This document shows positions 37,190 to 47,069 of a DNA stretch of 64,000 nucleotides, in pieces (position 1 is the first letter of the stretch; each line of letters begins with the position of its first letter). The notes beneath the pieces were generated by a model. It saw only the letters and a list, made by a program, of their open reading frames with translations. It ran no database searches and was not told the DNA's origin. The stretch is from Vulcanimicrobiota bacterium (GTDB taxonomy: Bacteria > Vulcanimicrobiota > Vulcanimicrobiia > Vulcanimicrobiales > Vulcanimicrobiaceae), in the NCBI GenBank assembly GCA_963733295.1, contig CAVTCS010000003.1, positions 2,528,001 to 2,592,000 on the forward strand, given 5' to 3'. Position numbers and translations under genes: made by a program.

Positions 37190-39703
37190 TTACTTACCCG
37201 CCACCGGGGGCTCGCCGGTAATTTCCGCGATCTGCTTCGTTTGCTCGCCTAGGTTCGTCACCGCGATCACCTCGTCGCCCTCCTCGAGCCGCTGCAGGCG
37301 GACGCCCTTGGTCGAACGTCCGGCCTTGCGAATGTCGGAGGCGCGAATCCGGATCACCTGATTCCCCGAGGTCATCAGGAGAATCTCGTCCTCGGGCTTC
37401 ACGAGAATCTGATCGACTACGTGGCCGACGTTCTTCTCCCGGGCGAAGGCTTTGACGCCTTTGCCGCCGCGCGAGGTATGGCGGTAATCGTCGATCGCCG
37501 TCCGCTTGCCGAAGCCCTGCGAAGTAACGATCAGGACCTCGCGGCGCTCGCGCTCTTCGACGTCCATCGCGACGACTTCGTCGCCCGGTGCGAGCGTAAT
37601 CGCACGAACGCCGCGCGCGTTGCGCCCCATCGAACGCACGTCCTTCTCGTTGAAGTGGACGGCCATGCCGTCGCGCGTTCCTAAGATGATGTCCCGCGAA
37701 CCGTCCGAGAGGTCGACGGCGAGCAGCTCGTCGTTCTCGTCCAAATCGATTGCGTTGAGCCCGCTCTTGCGGATGTTCGCGAACTCCGAGAGCGAGGACT
37801 TCTTGATGACGCCGCGGCGCGTGACCATCACGAGGAACCGGTTCTCATCGAAGGTGGAGACCGGAAAGACCGCCGTGACCTTCTCGTCGAGCGGAAGGGT
37901 CAGCAAGTTGACGAGCGCGGTTCCACGCGCTTGCCTGGTACTGTCGGGAATCTCGTAGCCACGCAGGCGGTACGCGCGGCCCTTGTTCGTGAAGAACAAG
38001 ACGTGCTGGTGGGTCGACGCCATGAAGAAATTCTGCACGACATCTTCACGCTTGAGGTTCGAGATGCCGGTTACGCCGCGGCCGCCACGATTCTGCGCCC
38101 GGAACGTGTCGACCGAGACGCGCTTGATGTAACCGCCGACCGTCGAGGTGACGACGACGTCCGAGTCCGCGATCATGTCTTCCATCGCGAACTCGTCTTC
38201 GAGCGGCACGATCTGCGTGCGGCGCGGATCGCCGAAACGCTTCTTGAGATCGACGGACTCGCTGCGCACGATCGCCGCGATGCGGCGCGGACTGGCCAAG
38301 ATATCCTCGAGCTCCGCGATCGTCTTGAGCAACTCGCGGTACTCGTCTTCGATCTTCGCGCGTTCTAGGCCGACCAGCGTGCGCAGACGCATGTCGAGGA
38401 TCGCGTTTGCCTGCAGGACCGAGAGCGTGAAGCGGGCTACCAGCCTCTCGCGCGCAACCTCGGTGTTCTCGCTGTCCCGAATGATGGCGATGACTTCCTC
38501 GATGTTGTCGAGCGCGATCCGGAAGCCTTCGAGGATGTGCGCGCGTTCGCGCGCCTTGTTGAGGTCGTACTCGGTGCGCCGCCGGATAACCGTCTTGCGA
38601 TGCGCGATGAAGTGCTCGAGCATCTGCCGCAGCGAAAGGACCTGCGGCTCGAGGGCGCCCGGAAGGCCGGGTACGGTGGGTGGAACCGGCAACAGCGCCA
38701 GCATGTTGAAACCGAAGCTCGACTGCAGCGGCGTGTGTTTGTAGAGCAGATTGAGAACGACGCCCGGCGTGGCGGAACGCGCCAGCTCGACGACGATCCG
38801 AGTCCCCTTGCGGTCCGATTCGTTTTGCAGACTCGAGATGCCGACGATGCTCTTTTGCTCGTGAGCTTCCGCGATCGCCTCAACGATGCGCGCCGTCGTC
38901 ACTTGGAAGGGAACTTCGGTGATCACAATGCGATGACGCCCGCGCTCTTCCATGATTTCGGCCTTGCCACGCATCACGATCGAGCCGCGACCGGTACGAT
39001 AGGCCTGACGGATCGCCTCTTTGCCCATCAAAAAGCCGCCCGTCGGAAAGTCGGGACCTTGGACGATCTCGGACAGCGCCCGGTCGAGGTCGTCTGGCGG
39101 GTCGTCCTGATGATCGACCAAATAGGCGACCGCGTCACTGATTTCGCCGATATTGTGCGGCGGGATGTTGGTCGCCATGCCAACGGCGATACCGCTCGAA
39201 CCGTTGACCAAGAGCTGAGGCATGCGCGAGGGCAGTACGGTCGGCTCGGTGCCCTGGCTGTCGAAATTCGGAATGAAATCGACGGTGTCTTTATCGATGT
39301 CGGCCAGCATTTCCAGCGCGATGCGGGCCAAGCGCGCCTCGGTATAGCGGTACGCCGCCGGCCGGTCGCCGTCGATCGAGCCGAAGTTGCCGTGCGGATC
39401 GATCAAGGGATAGCGCAAGGTGAAATCTTGCGCCATACGGACGAGCGCGTCGTACACCGAACTGTCGCCGTGCGGATGATAGTTCTTGAGCACCTCACCG
39501 ATGACGCCGGCGCACTTACGGTGCTGCTTGTCGGGGGTAAGGTTCATCTCGCGCATGGCATACAGGATGCGGCGCTGCACCGGTTTCAGTCCGTCGCGGA
39601 CGTCGGGAAGCGCTCTCGAGGCGATGACCGACATCGCGTAGGAGAGATACGATTCCCGCATCTCGTCTTCGACGTTTATCTGAGAAGTATGATCTCTATT
39701 CAA
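37190..39703 (-). CDS. gyrA: DNA gyrase subunit A
   Basis: 'RALPDVRDGLKPVQRR', 'YHPHGDS', catalytic 'AAYRYTEAR', GyrA-box QNRGGRG, C-terminal pinwheel repeats. Confidence 0.97.
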   Translation of the reverse strand: MNRDHTSQINVEDEMRESYLSYAMSVIASRALPDVRDGLKPVQRRILYAMREMNLTPDKQHRKCAGVIGEVLKNYHPHGDSSVYDALVRMAQDFTLRYPLIDPHGNFGSIDGDRPAAYRYTEARLARIALEMLADIDKDTVDFIPNFDSQGTEPTVLPSRMPQLLVNGSSGIAVGMATNIPPHNIGEISDAVAYLVDHQDDPPDDLDRALSEIVQGPDFPTGGFLMGKEAIRQAYRTGRGSIVMRGKAEIMEERGRHRIVITEVPFQVTTARIVEAIAEAHEQKSIVGISSLQNESDRKGTRIVVELARSATPGVVLNLLYKHTPLQSSFGFNMLALLPVPPTVPGLPGALEPQVLSLRQMLEHFIAHRKTVIRRRTEYDLNKARERAHILEGFRIALDNIEEVIAIIRDSENTEVARERLVARFTLSVLQANAILDMRLRTLVGLERAKIEDEYRELLKTIAELEDILASPRRIAAIVRSESVDLKKRFGDPRRTQIVPLEDEFAMEDMIADSDVVVTSTVGGYIKRVSVDTFRAQNRGGRGVTGISNLKREDVVQNFFMASTHQHVLFFTNKGRAYRLRGYEIPDSTRQARGTALVNLLTLPLDEKVTAVFPVSTFDENRFLVMVTRRGVIKKSSLSEFANIRKSGLNAIDLDENDELLAVDLSDGSRDIILGTRDGMAVHFNEKDVRSMGRNARGVRAITLAPGDEVVAMDVEERERREVLIVTSQGFGKRTAIDDYRHTSRGGKGVKAFAREKNVGHVVDQILVKPEDEILLMTSGNQVIRIRASDIRKAGRSTKGVRLQRLEEGDEVIAVTNLGEQTKQIAEITGEPPVAGK

Positions 39704-39759
39704 TACCGATGCTCACGCGCGGGCGAGGCGGCGCGTGCCGACGAAAGTAGTGCGCGTGC

Positions 39760-40002
39760 CTAGCGCGGTTGAGTTTGATGTGGTTGGTGTGGTCTGAAAA
39801 GCCAGCCGACGCCGACCCCGACGATCGCTCCGACGATCGCTCCCATCAGTGCCACCTTGGGGATTCCGGCCCCCCAATTGCCCCCGTGCGCGCCGAACGT
39901 GATCACTCGCTGGAAGAAGAAAAACGCTTCGACGAGCGCGGCGATCACGGCTGAAACCACGCCAGAGATGACGCCGATGAGGACGCCGCTGACTCGAATC
40001 AT
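39760..40002 (-). CDS. Small 2-TM membrane protein
   Basis: 80-aa hydrophobic ORF 'MIRVSGVLIGVISG...' at the 3' end of track ORF 39760..40578. Confidence 0.7.
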   Translation of the reverse strand: MIRVSGVLIGVISGVVSAVIAALVEAFFFFQRVITFGAHGGNWGAGIPKVALMGAIVGAIVGVGVGWLFRPHQPHQTQPR

Positions 40003-40041
40003 CTTTGCGGGCTTCGCGCTAAAGAACGAGGTTTCTTCTCC

Positions 40042-40467
40042 GTGACGCGGCTCAAAATGCGCGCCGAAAGCCTCGACGCCTTCGAACGCCTGGCGGCCGA
40101 ATTCGCTCGAACGCTCGCACCCGGGAACGTCGTCGCACTGGCCGGTCAACTCGGCTCGGGGAAGACCGCCTTCGTACACGCCGTCGTGCGCGAACTGCAC
40201 GGCGACGCTACGAGCGTGGCCAGTCCGACCTTCGTCTTTTGGCATCGCTACCCGGGCAAGCCCCCGATCGAACACCTCGATCTCTACCGCGTCGGCGGTC
40301 CGGACGAAGCTCTCGAACTGGGGCTTGAGGAAAGCTTCGATCCCGGGTCGATCGTGCTCGTTGAATGGCCGGAACGTTTGCCGGCGCTCATCCCTCACCA
40401 CGCGTTGCGCGTGGAGATCGAAGGTTCGGGAAGCGATCCGCGCTCGCTCGTTTTCGAGCGCCCCTGA
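40042..40467 (+). CDS. tsaE: tRNA threonylcarbamoyladenosine biosynthesis ATPase
   Basis: 'L.GQLGSGKT', 'SPTF', 'HLDLYR', 'VEWPE'. Confidence 0.93.
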   Translation: MTRLKMRAESLDAFERLAAEFARTLAPGNVVALAGQLGSGKTAFVHAVVRELHGDATSVASPTFVFWHRYPGKPPIEHLDLYRVGGPDEALELGLEESFDPGSIVLVEWPERLPALIPHHALRVEIEGSGSDPRSLVFERP

Positions 40468-41147
40468 TGGGCCTGTTGCTCGCGATCGACGGTGCCCTGG
40501 GAGCGTTTTCAGCAGCGCTGGTGGCGCGCGATGCGAGCGTCGCACCCCGAAGCGCCGCGACGGCCGGCGGCGACGCACTCGAACGCGGCTTGCAGCTCAT
40601 CGATGAAGTCCTTGCCGGAACCTCGCTCGCCGAGCTCGATGCGCTCGCCGTCGGGTTGGGTCCCGGCTCGTTCACCGGTTTGCGCATCGCACTCAGTTAC
40701 GCGAAGAGTCTCGCTTTCGCGGCAACCTTGCCGCTGGTCGGCGTCTCGTCCTACGATGCGCTCGAACGGGAAGGAAGCCCGCTGCCCAGCGCGGCGTTCG
40801 TCCATGCCCGGACCGGCCTCGCTTGCATGCGGCTGCGTACCGAAAGGGGGAATACCACCTTGTGTGCACCCTACGTCGAGCTGGCCGAAACCGTCGCCGC
40901 GGAGTTGCCGCCGGAAAGTGAGCTTCACGCCTGTGGAGCGCTGGAGGGCGTGACTTCGGAGCTTGGCGAACGCGGAATAATCGTGCGTCCGCGCCCTCCG
41001 GCCGAGCAGCCTCCCGCGCTCGCGATCGCGCTCCGAGCCTTGCGGCAAGAGCCGGTCGCGAGTCCACACGGCGTGCGCGCGGACTACGGCGAGCGGACGA
41101 ACTACGCCGAGCGCAGTCCGCAAGCGAGGCCGTCGCGGCGCTCATGA
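40467..41147 (+). CDS. tsaB: tRNA threonylcarbamoyltransferase subunit TsaB
   Basis: 'LLAID', 'AVGLGPGSFTGLRI'; TGATG overlap with tsaE. Confidence 0.9.
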   Translation: MGLLLAIDGALGAFSAALVARDASVAPRSAATAGGDALERGLQLIDEVLAGTSLAELDALAVGLGPGSFTGLRIALSYAKSLAFAATLPLVGVSSYDALEREGSPLPSAAFVHARTGLACMRLRTERGNTTLCAPYVELAETVAAELPPESELHACGALEGVTSELGERGIIVRPRPPAEQPPALAIALRALRQEPVASPHGVRADYGERTNYAERSPQARPSRRS

Positions 41148-41713
41148 AGGCCGACCTCGATCCTCGTTTCGCGGGCAGCGGCCCTCTTTCGATCGTTCCG
41201 ATGCAGGCCGCCGACGTGCGGGCCGTGATGCGCATCGAATCGCTTTCTTTCACGACCTCGTGGCCACCGAGCGCTTTCCACAGCGAGCTGAACGACAACA
41301 AGCTCGCGCACTACTTCGTCGGTCGCGCGGGCGATCCGCAAAGCGGACCCATCGTCGCCTACGGCGGCATCTGGGTGATCCTCGAGGATTCGCACGTGAC
41401 GACGATCGCGGTGCATCCCGATTGGCGCGGCAAAAAATATGGCGAGCAAGTCCTCGTGCGTTTGTTGCGCGAGGCGATCGAGCGCGGTGCGGCCTGGATC
41501 ACACTCGAGGCGCGCGAGTCGAATTTGGTCGCGCAGAGCCTCTACCGCAAGTACGGCTTCGTGACGGTTTCGACGCGTCGAGCCTACTACAGCGACAACG
41601 GGGAGAACGCGGTCGTGATGTGGGCCGGCAACTTGCGCGGCGAACTCTATGGCAACCGGCTTTCGGCGCTCGAACGCCGGCTCGCTCGCGCGCTTGCGAT
41701 TCCGGACGCTTGA
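41144..41713 (+). CDS. rimI: Ribosomal protein S18 alanine N-acetyltransferase
   Basis: 'IE..SF...W', 'HVTTIAVHPDWRG', 'LEARESN..AQ.LY.KYGF', 'RRAYYSDN.E.A..M'. Confidence 0.92.
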   Translation: MKADLDPRFAGSGPLSIVPMQAADVRAVMRIESLSFTTSWPPSAFHSELNDNKLAHYFVGRAGDPQSGPIVAYGGIWVILEDSHVTTIAVHPDWRGKKYGEQVLVRLLREAIERGAAWITLEARESNLVAQSLYRKYGFVTVSTRRAYYSDNGENAVVMWAGNLRGELYGNRLSALERRLARALAIPDA

Positions 41714-42306
41714 CTTTTACGGCGTTAGCCAGGGAAGTTCGCGCGCAACTTTCAGGCGAGCACCGCTACGAGCATGTCGTGCGCGTCGCGCGGCTGGCCG
41801 AGCGGTTCGCGTGCGCGCATCGCGTGGCGCCGGAACGCGCGCGTTCGGCCGGTATGCTGCACGACCTCGCGCGGCTCTACTCCGCCGAGCGCTTGTTGCA
41901 TGAGTGCGCGCTGCGCGGACTCGCGCTCGATGCGTTCGAGTTGCGCAACCCGATCGTCGTGCACGCGCGTCTGGGCGCGGAACTGGCACGCGAGCGGTTC
42001 GGAGTGAGCGACGAAGGCGTCCTCTCCGCGATCCGCAAGCACACCCTAGCCGACGCCGCGATGTCGCCGCTCGACGAAGTCGTGTACCTTGCCGACAGCC
42101 TCGAACCGGGGCGTGACTTTCCCGAACGGCAAGCCCTCGAAGAGCTTGCCTTCGAAAGCCTTCCTGCAGCGATGCGCGCGACGCTCGAAGCGAACATCGC
42201 CTACCTCAACCGGCGCGGGCTCGAAGCCGCACCGCAAACCCTTGCCGCGCTCGACCGCTACGTCAAAGTTGCGGCGACGAAAGGAGCAACGACCTGCCCG
42301 ATCTGA
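41710..42306 (+). CDS. yqeK: HD-domain Ap4A hydrolase YqeK
   Basis: 'RYEH..RVA', 'LHDLAR', 'HA.LGA', 'AIRKHT', 'YLAD.LEPGR'; TTG start overlapping the rimI stop. Confidence 0.9.
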   Translation: MTFTALAREVRAQLSGEHRYEHVVRVARLAERFACAHRVAPERARSAGMLHDLARLYSAERLLHECALRGLALDAFELRNPIVVHARLGAELARERFGVSDEGVLSAIRKHTLADAAMSPLDEVVYLADSLEPGRDFPERQALEELAFESLPAAMRATLEANIAYLNRRGLEAAPQTLAALDRYVKVAATKGATTCPI

Positions 42307-42635
42307 TCGACATCGTCCAAGCAGCGGCGCTGGAGAAGAAGGCCGAAGACGTCGTCGTGCTGCCGCTCGAAGGCCGTACCATCGTTGCGGACGCGTTTCT
42401 TCTCGCGACCGGGCGCTCGAAAATCCAGACCCGCTCGATCGCCGACTCGATCGCCGAAGCGGTGAAGGAGACCGGGTTTCGCGTCGCGCGAATCGAAGGT
42501 TACTCCGACGGCGGCTGGATCCTCATCGATTTAGGTTCCGTCGTAGCCCACGTTTTCACGCCGGAATTGCGAACGTTCTACAACCTCGAGCGGCTCTGGG
42601 GCGCGACGGAATCGCGCCGGGCGCAGGGTTCGTGA
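42294..42635 (+). CDS. rsfS: Ribosome silencing factor
   Basis: 'EKKAEDV..L', 'D.FL.ATG.S..Q', 'WIL.D.GSVV.HVF..E.R.FY.LERLW'; CTG start 7 nt after AAGGAG. Confidence 0.92.
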   Translation: MPDLIDIVQAAALEKKAEDVVVLPLEGRTIVADAFLLATGRSKIQTRSIADSIAEAVKETGFRVARIEGYSDGGWILIDLGSVVAHVFTPELRTFYNLERLWGATESRRAQGS

Positions 42636-42763
42636 AGTCCCGGCCACGCCCGCGCCGCCGCCGGCGGACCTTTGAGTTCTTGAAGAAGGCCGGCATCTGG
42701 ATCTTTCTCGTGTGCTTCGTAGCCAGCGTCGTCGGCGTCGCCCTGGTGGCCGTCAGTCGCTAG
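42632..42763 (+). CDS. Small basic single-TM protein
   Basis: GTGA overlap with the rsfS stop; Arg-rich N-terminus followed by a hydrophobic helix (43 aa). Confidence 0.6.
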   Translation: MKSRPRPRRRRRTFEFLKKAGIWIFLVCFVASVVGVALVAVSR

Positions 42764-42811
42764 CACGGGAAACAATCGTACCCGATGTGGGTAACAAAGG
42801 ACGTGCGTTTC

Positions 42812-43804
42812 ATGAAGATCTCGTCGAAAATCTCCGCGGCGCTCGCTACGCTCGTTTTGACCTTTGCGGCGCTTGGCTCGCCCGCCGTAGCACGCGATTC
42901 GTTCGTCATGGACGGGGCCGGTATGTTCAGTGCCGCGACCGTTTCGGCGCTGAACGACAAGATCTCGGCCTTCAACCGAGCGACCGGCAAGGAAGTCGTC
43001 GTCGTTACCGTGCCCACGCTCAACGGTACGCCGCTGAACGACGCGACCGAACACACCTTCGCCGAGAAGCAAGTCAACGGGGTCCTCATCTTTATCGCGA
43101 AGTCCGAGAAGAAGTTCAACGTTGTCGGCGATCGCGCGTCGCGCGCGTTCTTCCCGCCGGGTACGTTCCAAACGATCCACGACGCGATGCGCGCGTCGTT
43201 TCAAACCGGTGATTTCGATGGCGGCATCACGACCGGCGTGAACCTCGTTCTCGCACAATACAACAGCCATCAAAGCGGCCTGGGGACGGGTGCCGGCGCG
43301 CAGCAGCGCGTCCCGGCGCCGGCTACGAACGGCCAATCTTTCGGAGGCTTTATGTCGCTCATCTGGCTCGGACTGATCCTGCTCGCAGGTTTCCTGATCA
43401 TCCGCGCGATCTTCCGCGCGCTCTTTGGACGGCGCACGCCGCCGGGCTACGGGCCCGGTCCCGGCCCCGGCTACGGTACCCCGCCGATGATGGGCGGCCC
43501 GGGTTACGGCGGCGGCATGGGCGGCGGCAGTTTCTTTAGCGGTCTGCTCGGCGGACTGGGCGGCGCTTTTCTCGGAAACGAGCTTTTCCGCGGCGGCGGC
43601 CAGTCGCTCGGCGGCGGCACCGGCATGGCCGGAATGGGCGGCGACCAGGGGGCCGGTGTCGACAACGCGGGTTGGCAGTCTGATGCCGGTCAAGCCGACA
43701 TGGGGAATGCCGGCGGCGGCGGCTGGGGTGACTCCGGCGGCGGATTCGACTCCGGTGGAGGCGGCGATTTCGGCGGCGGCGGCGACGGTGGAGGCGGCTG
43801 GTAG
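42812..43804 (+). CDS. TPM-domain protein with TM and Gly-rich tail
   Basis: signal peptide; 'V.D.AGMFS', 'TG.EVVVVTV', 'NGVLI.IA', 'F..GDFDGGI'; GGGW C-terminus. Confidence 0.88.
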   Translation: MKISSKISAALATLVLTFAALGSPAVARDSFVMDGAGMFSAATVSALNDKISAFNRATGKEVVVVTVPTLNGTPLNDATEHTFAEKQVNGVLIFIAKSEKKFNVVGDRASRAFFPPGTFQTIHDAMRASFQTGDFDGGITTGVNLVLAQYNSHQSGLGTGAGAQQRVPAPATNGQSFGGFMSLIWLGLILLAGFLIIRAIFRALFGRRTPPGYGPGPGPGYGTPPMMGGPGYGGGMGGGSFFSGLLGGLGGAFLGNELFRGGGQSLGGGTGMAGMGGDQGAGVDNAGWQSDAGQADMGNAGGGGWGDSGGGFDSGGGGDFGGGGDGGGGW

Positions 43805-43812
43805 CCGCAGGC

Positions 43813-44490
43813 CTAGCGTCCTCCGACCAGCGCGTACGGCTGTAGCTCCTCGATAAGGCGCGGGCTCGTCCCGGTCACGTCAAGCAGGTCGTCCAGCGAC
43901 GCGAACGGACCGTTCGCGTCCCGGAATTCCACGATTCGCTCGGCCAGCCCAGGGCCGATTCCGGGCAGCGTTTCGAGTGCTGTGGCGTCGGCGCTGTTGA
44001 GGTCGACCGGCTGGTCCGGCGCTTTGCGGGCGCGGTGACGGCCGCCGGCCGCGCCGTGCAGTCGGCGCCCGCGATGCCGGCCGAGGCGACGCTCGCGTCC
44101 GCCGCGGAGCGCCGCGGATCCGCCGGCAGCGATCTCGCCGCGAGCAGGCACCGCAATCTCTTCGCCGTCCTCGAGCGGGCTTGCGAGGTTCACCGCGACG
44201 GCATCCGCGCTTGCGCGTAAGCCACCCGCGGCATAAATCGCGGCTGCGGTTCGCGAGCCGGACGGTAGCTCGTAAACGCCGGGCCGGAGGACCTCGCCGG
44301 CCACGTAAACCACCACCCGCGCGGCGTGCCCCACAGCGCTCCCGGGATGCAGCCGCGCGGCGCGTGGCAAGGCGGTCGACTCGACGAACGCCGGCGCAAC
44401 CGGAGCGCGCGAGGCAGCAGTCGAGCGGAAGAGCGCTGCGAGGGCGGCCAAACCGACGAGCGCGAGCGTGAAGAGCATACGTTTGTCCAC
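43813..44490 (-). CDS. comEA: Competence protein ComEA (SLBB + HhH)
   Basis: 'VYVAGEV.RPGVY.L..G.R', 'VDLNSA....LETLPGIGP.LA.RIV.FR..NGPF.S.DDL'. Confidence 0.92.
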   Translation of the reverse strand: MDKRMLFTLALVGLAALAALFRSTAASRAPVAPAFVESTALPRAARLHPGSAVGHAARVVVYVAGEVLRPGVYELPSGSRTAAAIYAAGGLRASADAVAVNLASPLEDGEEIAVPARGEIAAGGSAALRGGRERRLGRHRGRRLHGAAGGRHRARKAPDQPVDLNSADATALETLPGIGPGLAERIVEFRDANGPFASLDDLLDVTGTSPRLIEELQPYALVGGR

Positions 44491-44568
44491 GCTCTACGAT
44501 CACGCGCGCCGGCGAGCGCGACAAGCCGCGGCGAGGACCGCGCCCGAGCAAAGGAACAAGAAGAAAGA

Positions 44569-47067
44569 ATGATCGAGGAACGTTCCCCCGAGACCTACGA
44601 TTATCGGACGATCGAACGCCGCTGGCAGGACGAGTGGGAGCGCGCCGGGATTTACCGCGCTCGCGACGGCGCGCCCGGCGAGAAGTACTACGTCCTCGAG
44701 ATGCTGCCGTACCCGTCGGGCGATCTGCACGTCGGTCACGCCAAGAACTACACGCTCGGCGACGCAGTGGCGCGCATGCAGCGCATGCGGGGCTACAACG
44801 TCATGCACCCGATGGGTTTCGACGCCTTCGGCTTACCGGCGGAGAACGCGGCCATCGAGCGCGGGGTGGATCCCGAAGTCTGGACTCGCGAAAACATCGC
44901 GAACATGGAACGCCAACTTCGTTTGATGGGAACGGGTTACGACTGGACGCGCGTTTTCGCGACTTGCGATCCTTCGTACTACCGCTGGAACCAGTGGATC
45001 TTCTTGCGTTTGTACGAAGACGGCCTCGCCTATAAGCGCGAAGCGCCGGTCAACTGGTGCCCGAAGGACTGCACGGTTCTCGCCAACGAGCAAGTCGAAG
45101 ACGGCCGCTGTTGGCGCTGCGGCACGCTGGTCGAGCGCCGCAACCTCTCGCAGTGGTTCCTCAAGATCACGGCGTACGCGGACCGTCTGCTCGCCGCGAT
45201 CGACGAGCTCGACGGTTGGCCCGATAAAATTCGCACGATGCAACGCAATTGGATCGGGCGCAGTGAAGGCGTCACGTTCTCGTTCGAAGTGGAAGGTCTC
45301 ACGGAACGCGTTTCCGTCTACACGACGCGCATCGACACCCTGTTCGGCGTCACGTACCTCGCGCTGGCCCCGGATCACCCGCTGGTCGCGAAGATCGTCG
45401 CGCGCCATCCCGAACGGCGTTCCGCGGTCGAAGCGTTCGCGGCGTCGGTGCGCGACAAATCGGAGTTGGAACGCACCAGTCTTATGGAGAAGTCCGGCGT
45501 TCCGACCGGCGCCTTCGCGCGCAACCCGCTCTCGAACGAGCGCATCCCCATTTGGATAACGAATTACGTTCTGGCCGAATACGGAACCGGTGCCGTCATG
45601 GGCGTCCCGGGGCACGACGAGCGCGATTTCGAATTTGCGCGCAACGCCGGCCTGCCGATCATTCGCGTGATCGAAGACGCGAACACGCCGGCGGGTACGG
45701 CACCCGAACCGCTGCAAGCGGCCTACGTCGAAGACGGTCGCTTGATTGCGAGCGGCGACTACGACGCGATGAACTCCGCCCGCGCGCGCGCCGCGATCGG
45801 CGACCGGCTCGTCGCGCTCGGCCTGGGCGAACTCGCGGTCAACTACCGCATCCGCGATTGGCTGATCTCACGCCAACGCTATTGGGGCACGCCGATTCCG
45901 ATCGTCTACTGCCCCGAGCACGGCGAGGTCGCACTGCCGGATTCGGCGCTGCCCGTTATTCTGCCGCCGAACCTGCCGATCACCGGCGAAGGTTCTCCGC
46001 TGGCGCGCGATGAGGCGTTCGTGCAAACGACCTGCCCCCGCTGCGGGGGCCCGGCGCGGCGCGAGACGGACACGATGGACACGTTCTTCGATTCGTCCTG
46101 GTATTACGTGCGCTACCTCGATCCGCACGACGCGAGCGCGGCGTGGAAGCCGAAGACGGTCAATCCGTGGCTCAACGTCGATCAGTACATCGGCGGCGCC
46201 GACCACGCGGTACTGCACCTGCTCTACTCTCGCTTTTTCTACAAGTACTTTGGGGACAAAGGCTGGGTCGCGGGTCACGACGAGCCCTTCGAGCGGCTCT
46301 TCAATCAAGGCAACGTTCTGCGCTTCGGCGAGAAGATGAGCAAGAGCAAGGGCAATGTCGTTGGGATCGGCGAGACGGTCGAGCGCTACGGCGTCGACGC
46401 GATGCGTCTGTTTCTGCTCAAGGCGACGCCGCCCGAAGACACGATGGAATGGACCGACGACGGAATCGCCGGCCGCGTGCGCTTTCTCGATCGCGTGTGG
46501 CGCGCCGCGGCGCCGATCGCGGAGCGGGCCGGCGGCGCGCCGCTCGACCGGCTCCCGCCGCTCGAGAACGACGCCCAACGCGAGCTGGTGCGCGCCCTTC
46601 ACGCGGCGCTCAAGTCAGGCGCCGAAGAGACCTCGACGCGACGCTTCCACTACAATACGACGCTCGCGCGCCTCGACGAGTTGATCAACGCGCTGACGAA
46701 GTTCGCGCAGACCGCACCGGCCGGCGACCCGGCGCTCCTCTACGTCGTTCATGTTTTGCCGACCGTGCTGGCTCCCTTCGCTCCGCACATCGCCGAGGAG
46801 CTTTGGCACCGCATGGGGCACGAGCGTTCGGTCCACCTCGAGCGCTGGATCCCCTTCGATCCGGCGGCGCTCGCTCTCGCCCAAATCGAAGTGGTCGTGC
46901 AAGTCAACGGGCGCGTGCGCGGCCGCGTGCGCGCGGTACCCGGCATCAGCCAAGAAGAAGCTGTCGCTCTCGCACTCGCGGAAGGCAACGTGCAGGCTCA
47001 CCTCGAGAACAGGCCGATTCTCAAACAGATCTTCGTACCGGATAAACTGCTGAATCTGGTCGTGTAA
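44569..47067 (+). CDS. leuS: Leucine--tRNA ligase
   Basis: 'MLPYPSG.LHVGH', 'DWLISRQRYWG', 'KMSKSKGN'. Confidence 0.98.
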   Translation: MIEERSPETYDYRTIERRWQDEWERAGIYRARDGAPGEKYYVLEMLPYPSGDLHVGHAKNYTLGDAVARMQRMRGYNVMHPMGFDAFGLPAENAAIERGVDPEVWTRENIANMERQLRLMGTGYDWTRVFATCDPSYYRWNQWIFLRLYEDGLAYKREAPVNWCPKDCTVLANEQVEDGRCWRCGTLVERRNLSQWFLKITAYADRLLAAIDELDGWPDKIRTMQRNWIGRSEGVTFSFEVEGLTERVSVYTTRIDTLFGVTYLALAPDHPLVAKIVARHPERRSAVEAFAASVRDKSELERTSLMEKSGVPTGAFARNPLSNERIPIWITNYVLAEYGTGAVMGVPGHDERDFEFARNAGLPIIRVIEDANTPAGTAPEPLQAAYVEDGRLIASGDYDAMNSARARAAIGDRLVALGLGELAVNYRIRDWLISRQRYWGTPIPIVYCPEHGEVALPDSALPVILPPNLPITGEGSPLARDEAFVQTTCPRCGGPARRETDTMDTFFDSSWYYVRYLDPHDASAAWKPKTVNPWLNVDQYIGGADHAVLHLLYSRFFYKYFGDKGWVAGHDEPFERLFNQGNVLRFGEKMSKSKGNVVGIGETVERYGVDAMRLFLLKATPPEDTMEWTDDGIAGRVRFLDRVWRAAAPIAERAGGAPLDRLPPLENDAQRELVRALHAALKSGAEETSTRRFHYNTTLARLDELINALTKFAQTAPAGDPALLYVVHVLPTVLAPFAPHIAEELWHRMGHERSVHLERWIPFDPAALALAQIEVVVQVNGRVRGRVRAVPGISQEEAVALALAEGNVQAHLENRPILKQIFVPDKLLNLVV

Positions 47068-47069
47068 GG

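Noticed and set aside
40042..42635. tsaD and nadD missing from the tsaE-tsaB-rimI-yqeK-rsfS run
   Set aside because: Ordinary operon shuffling; they are likely elsewhere.
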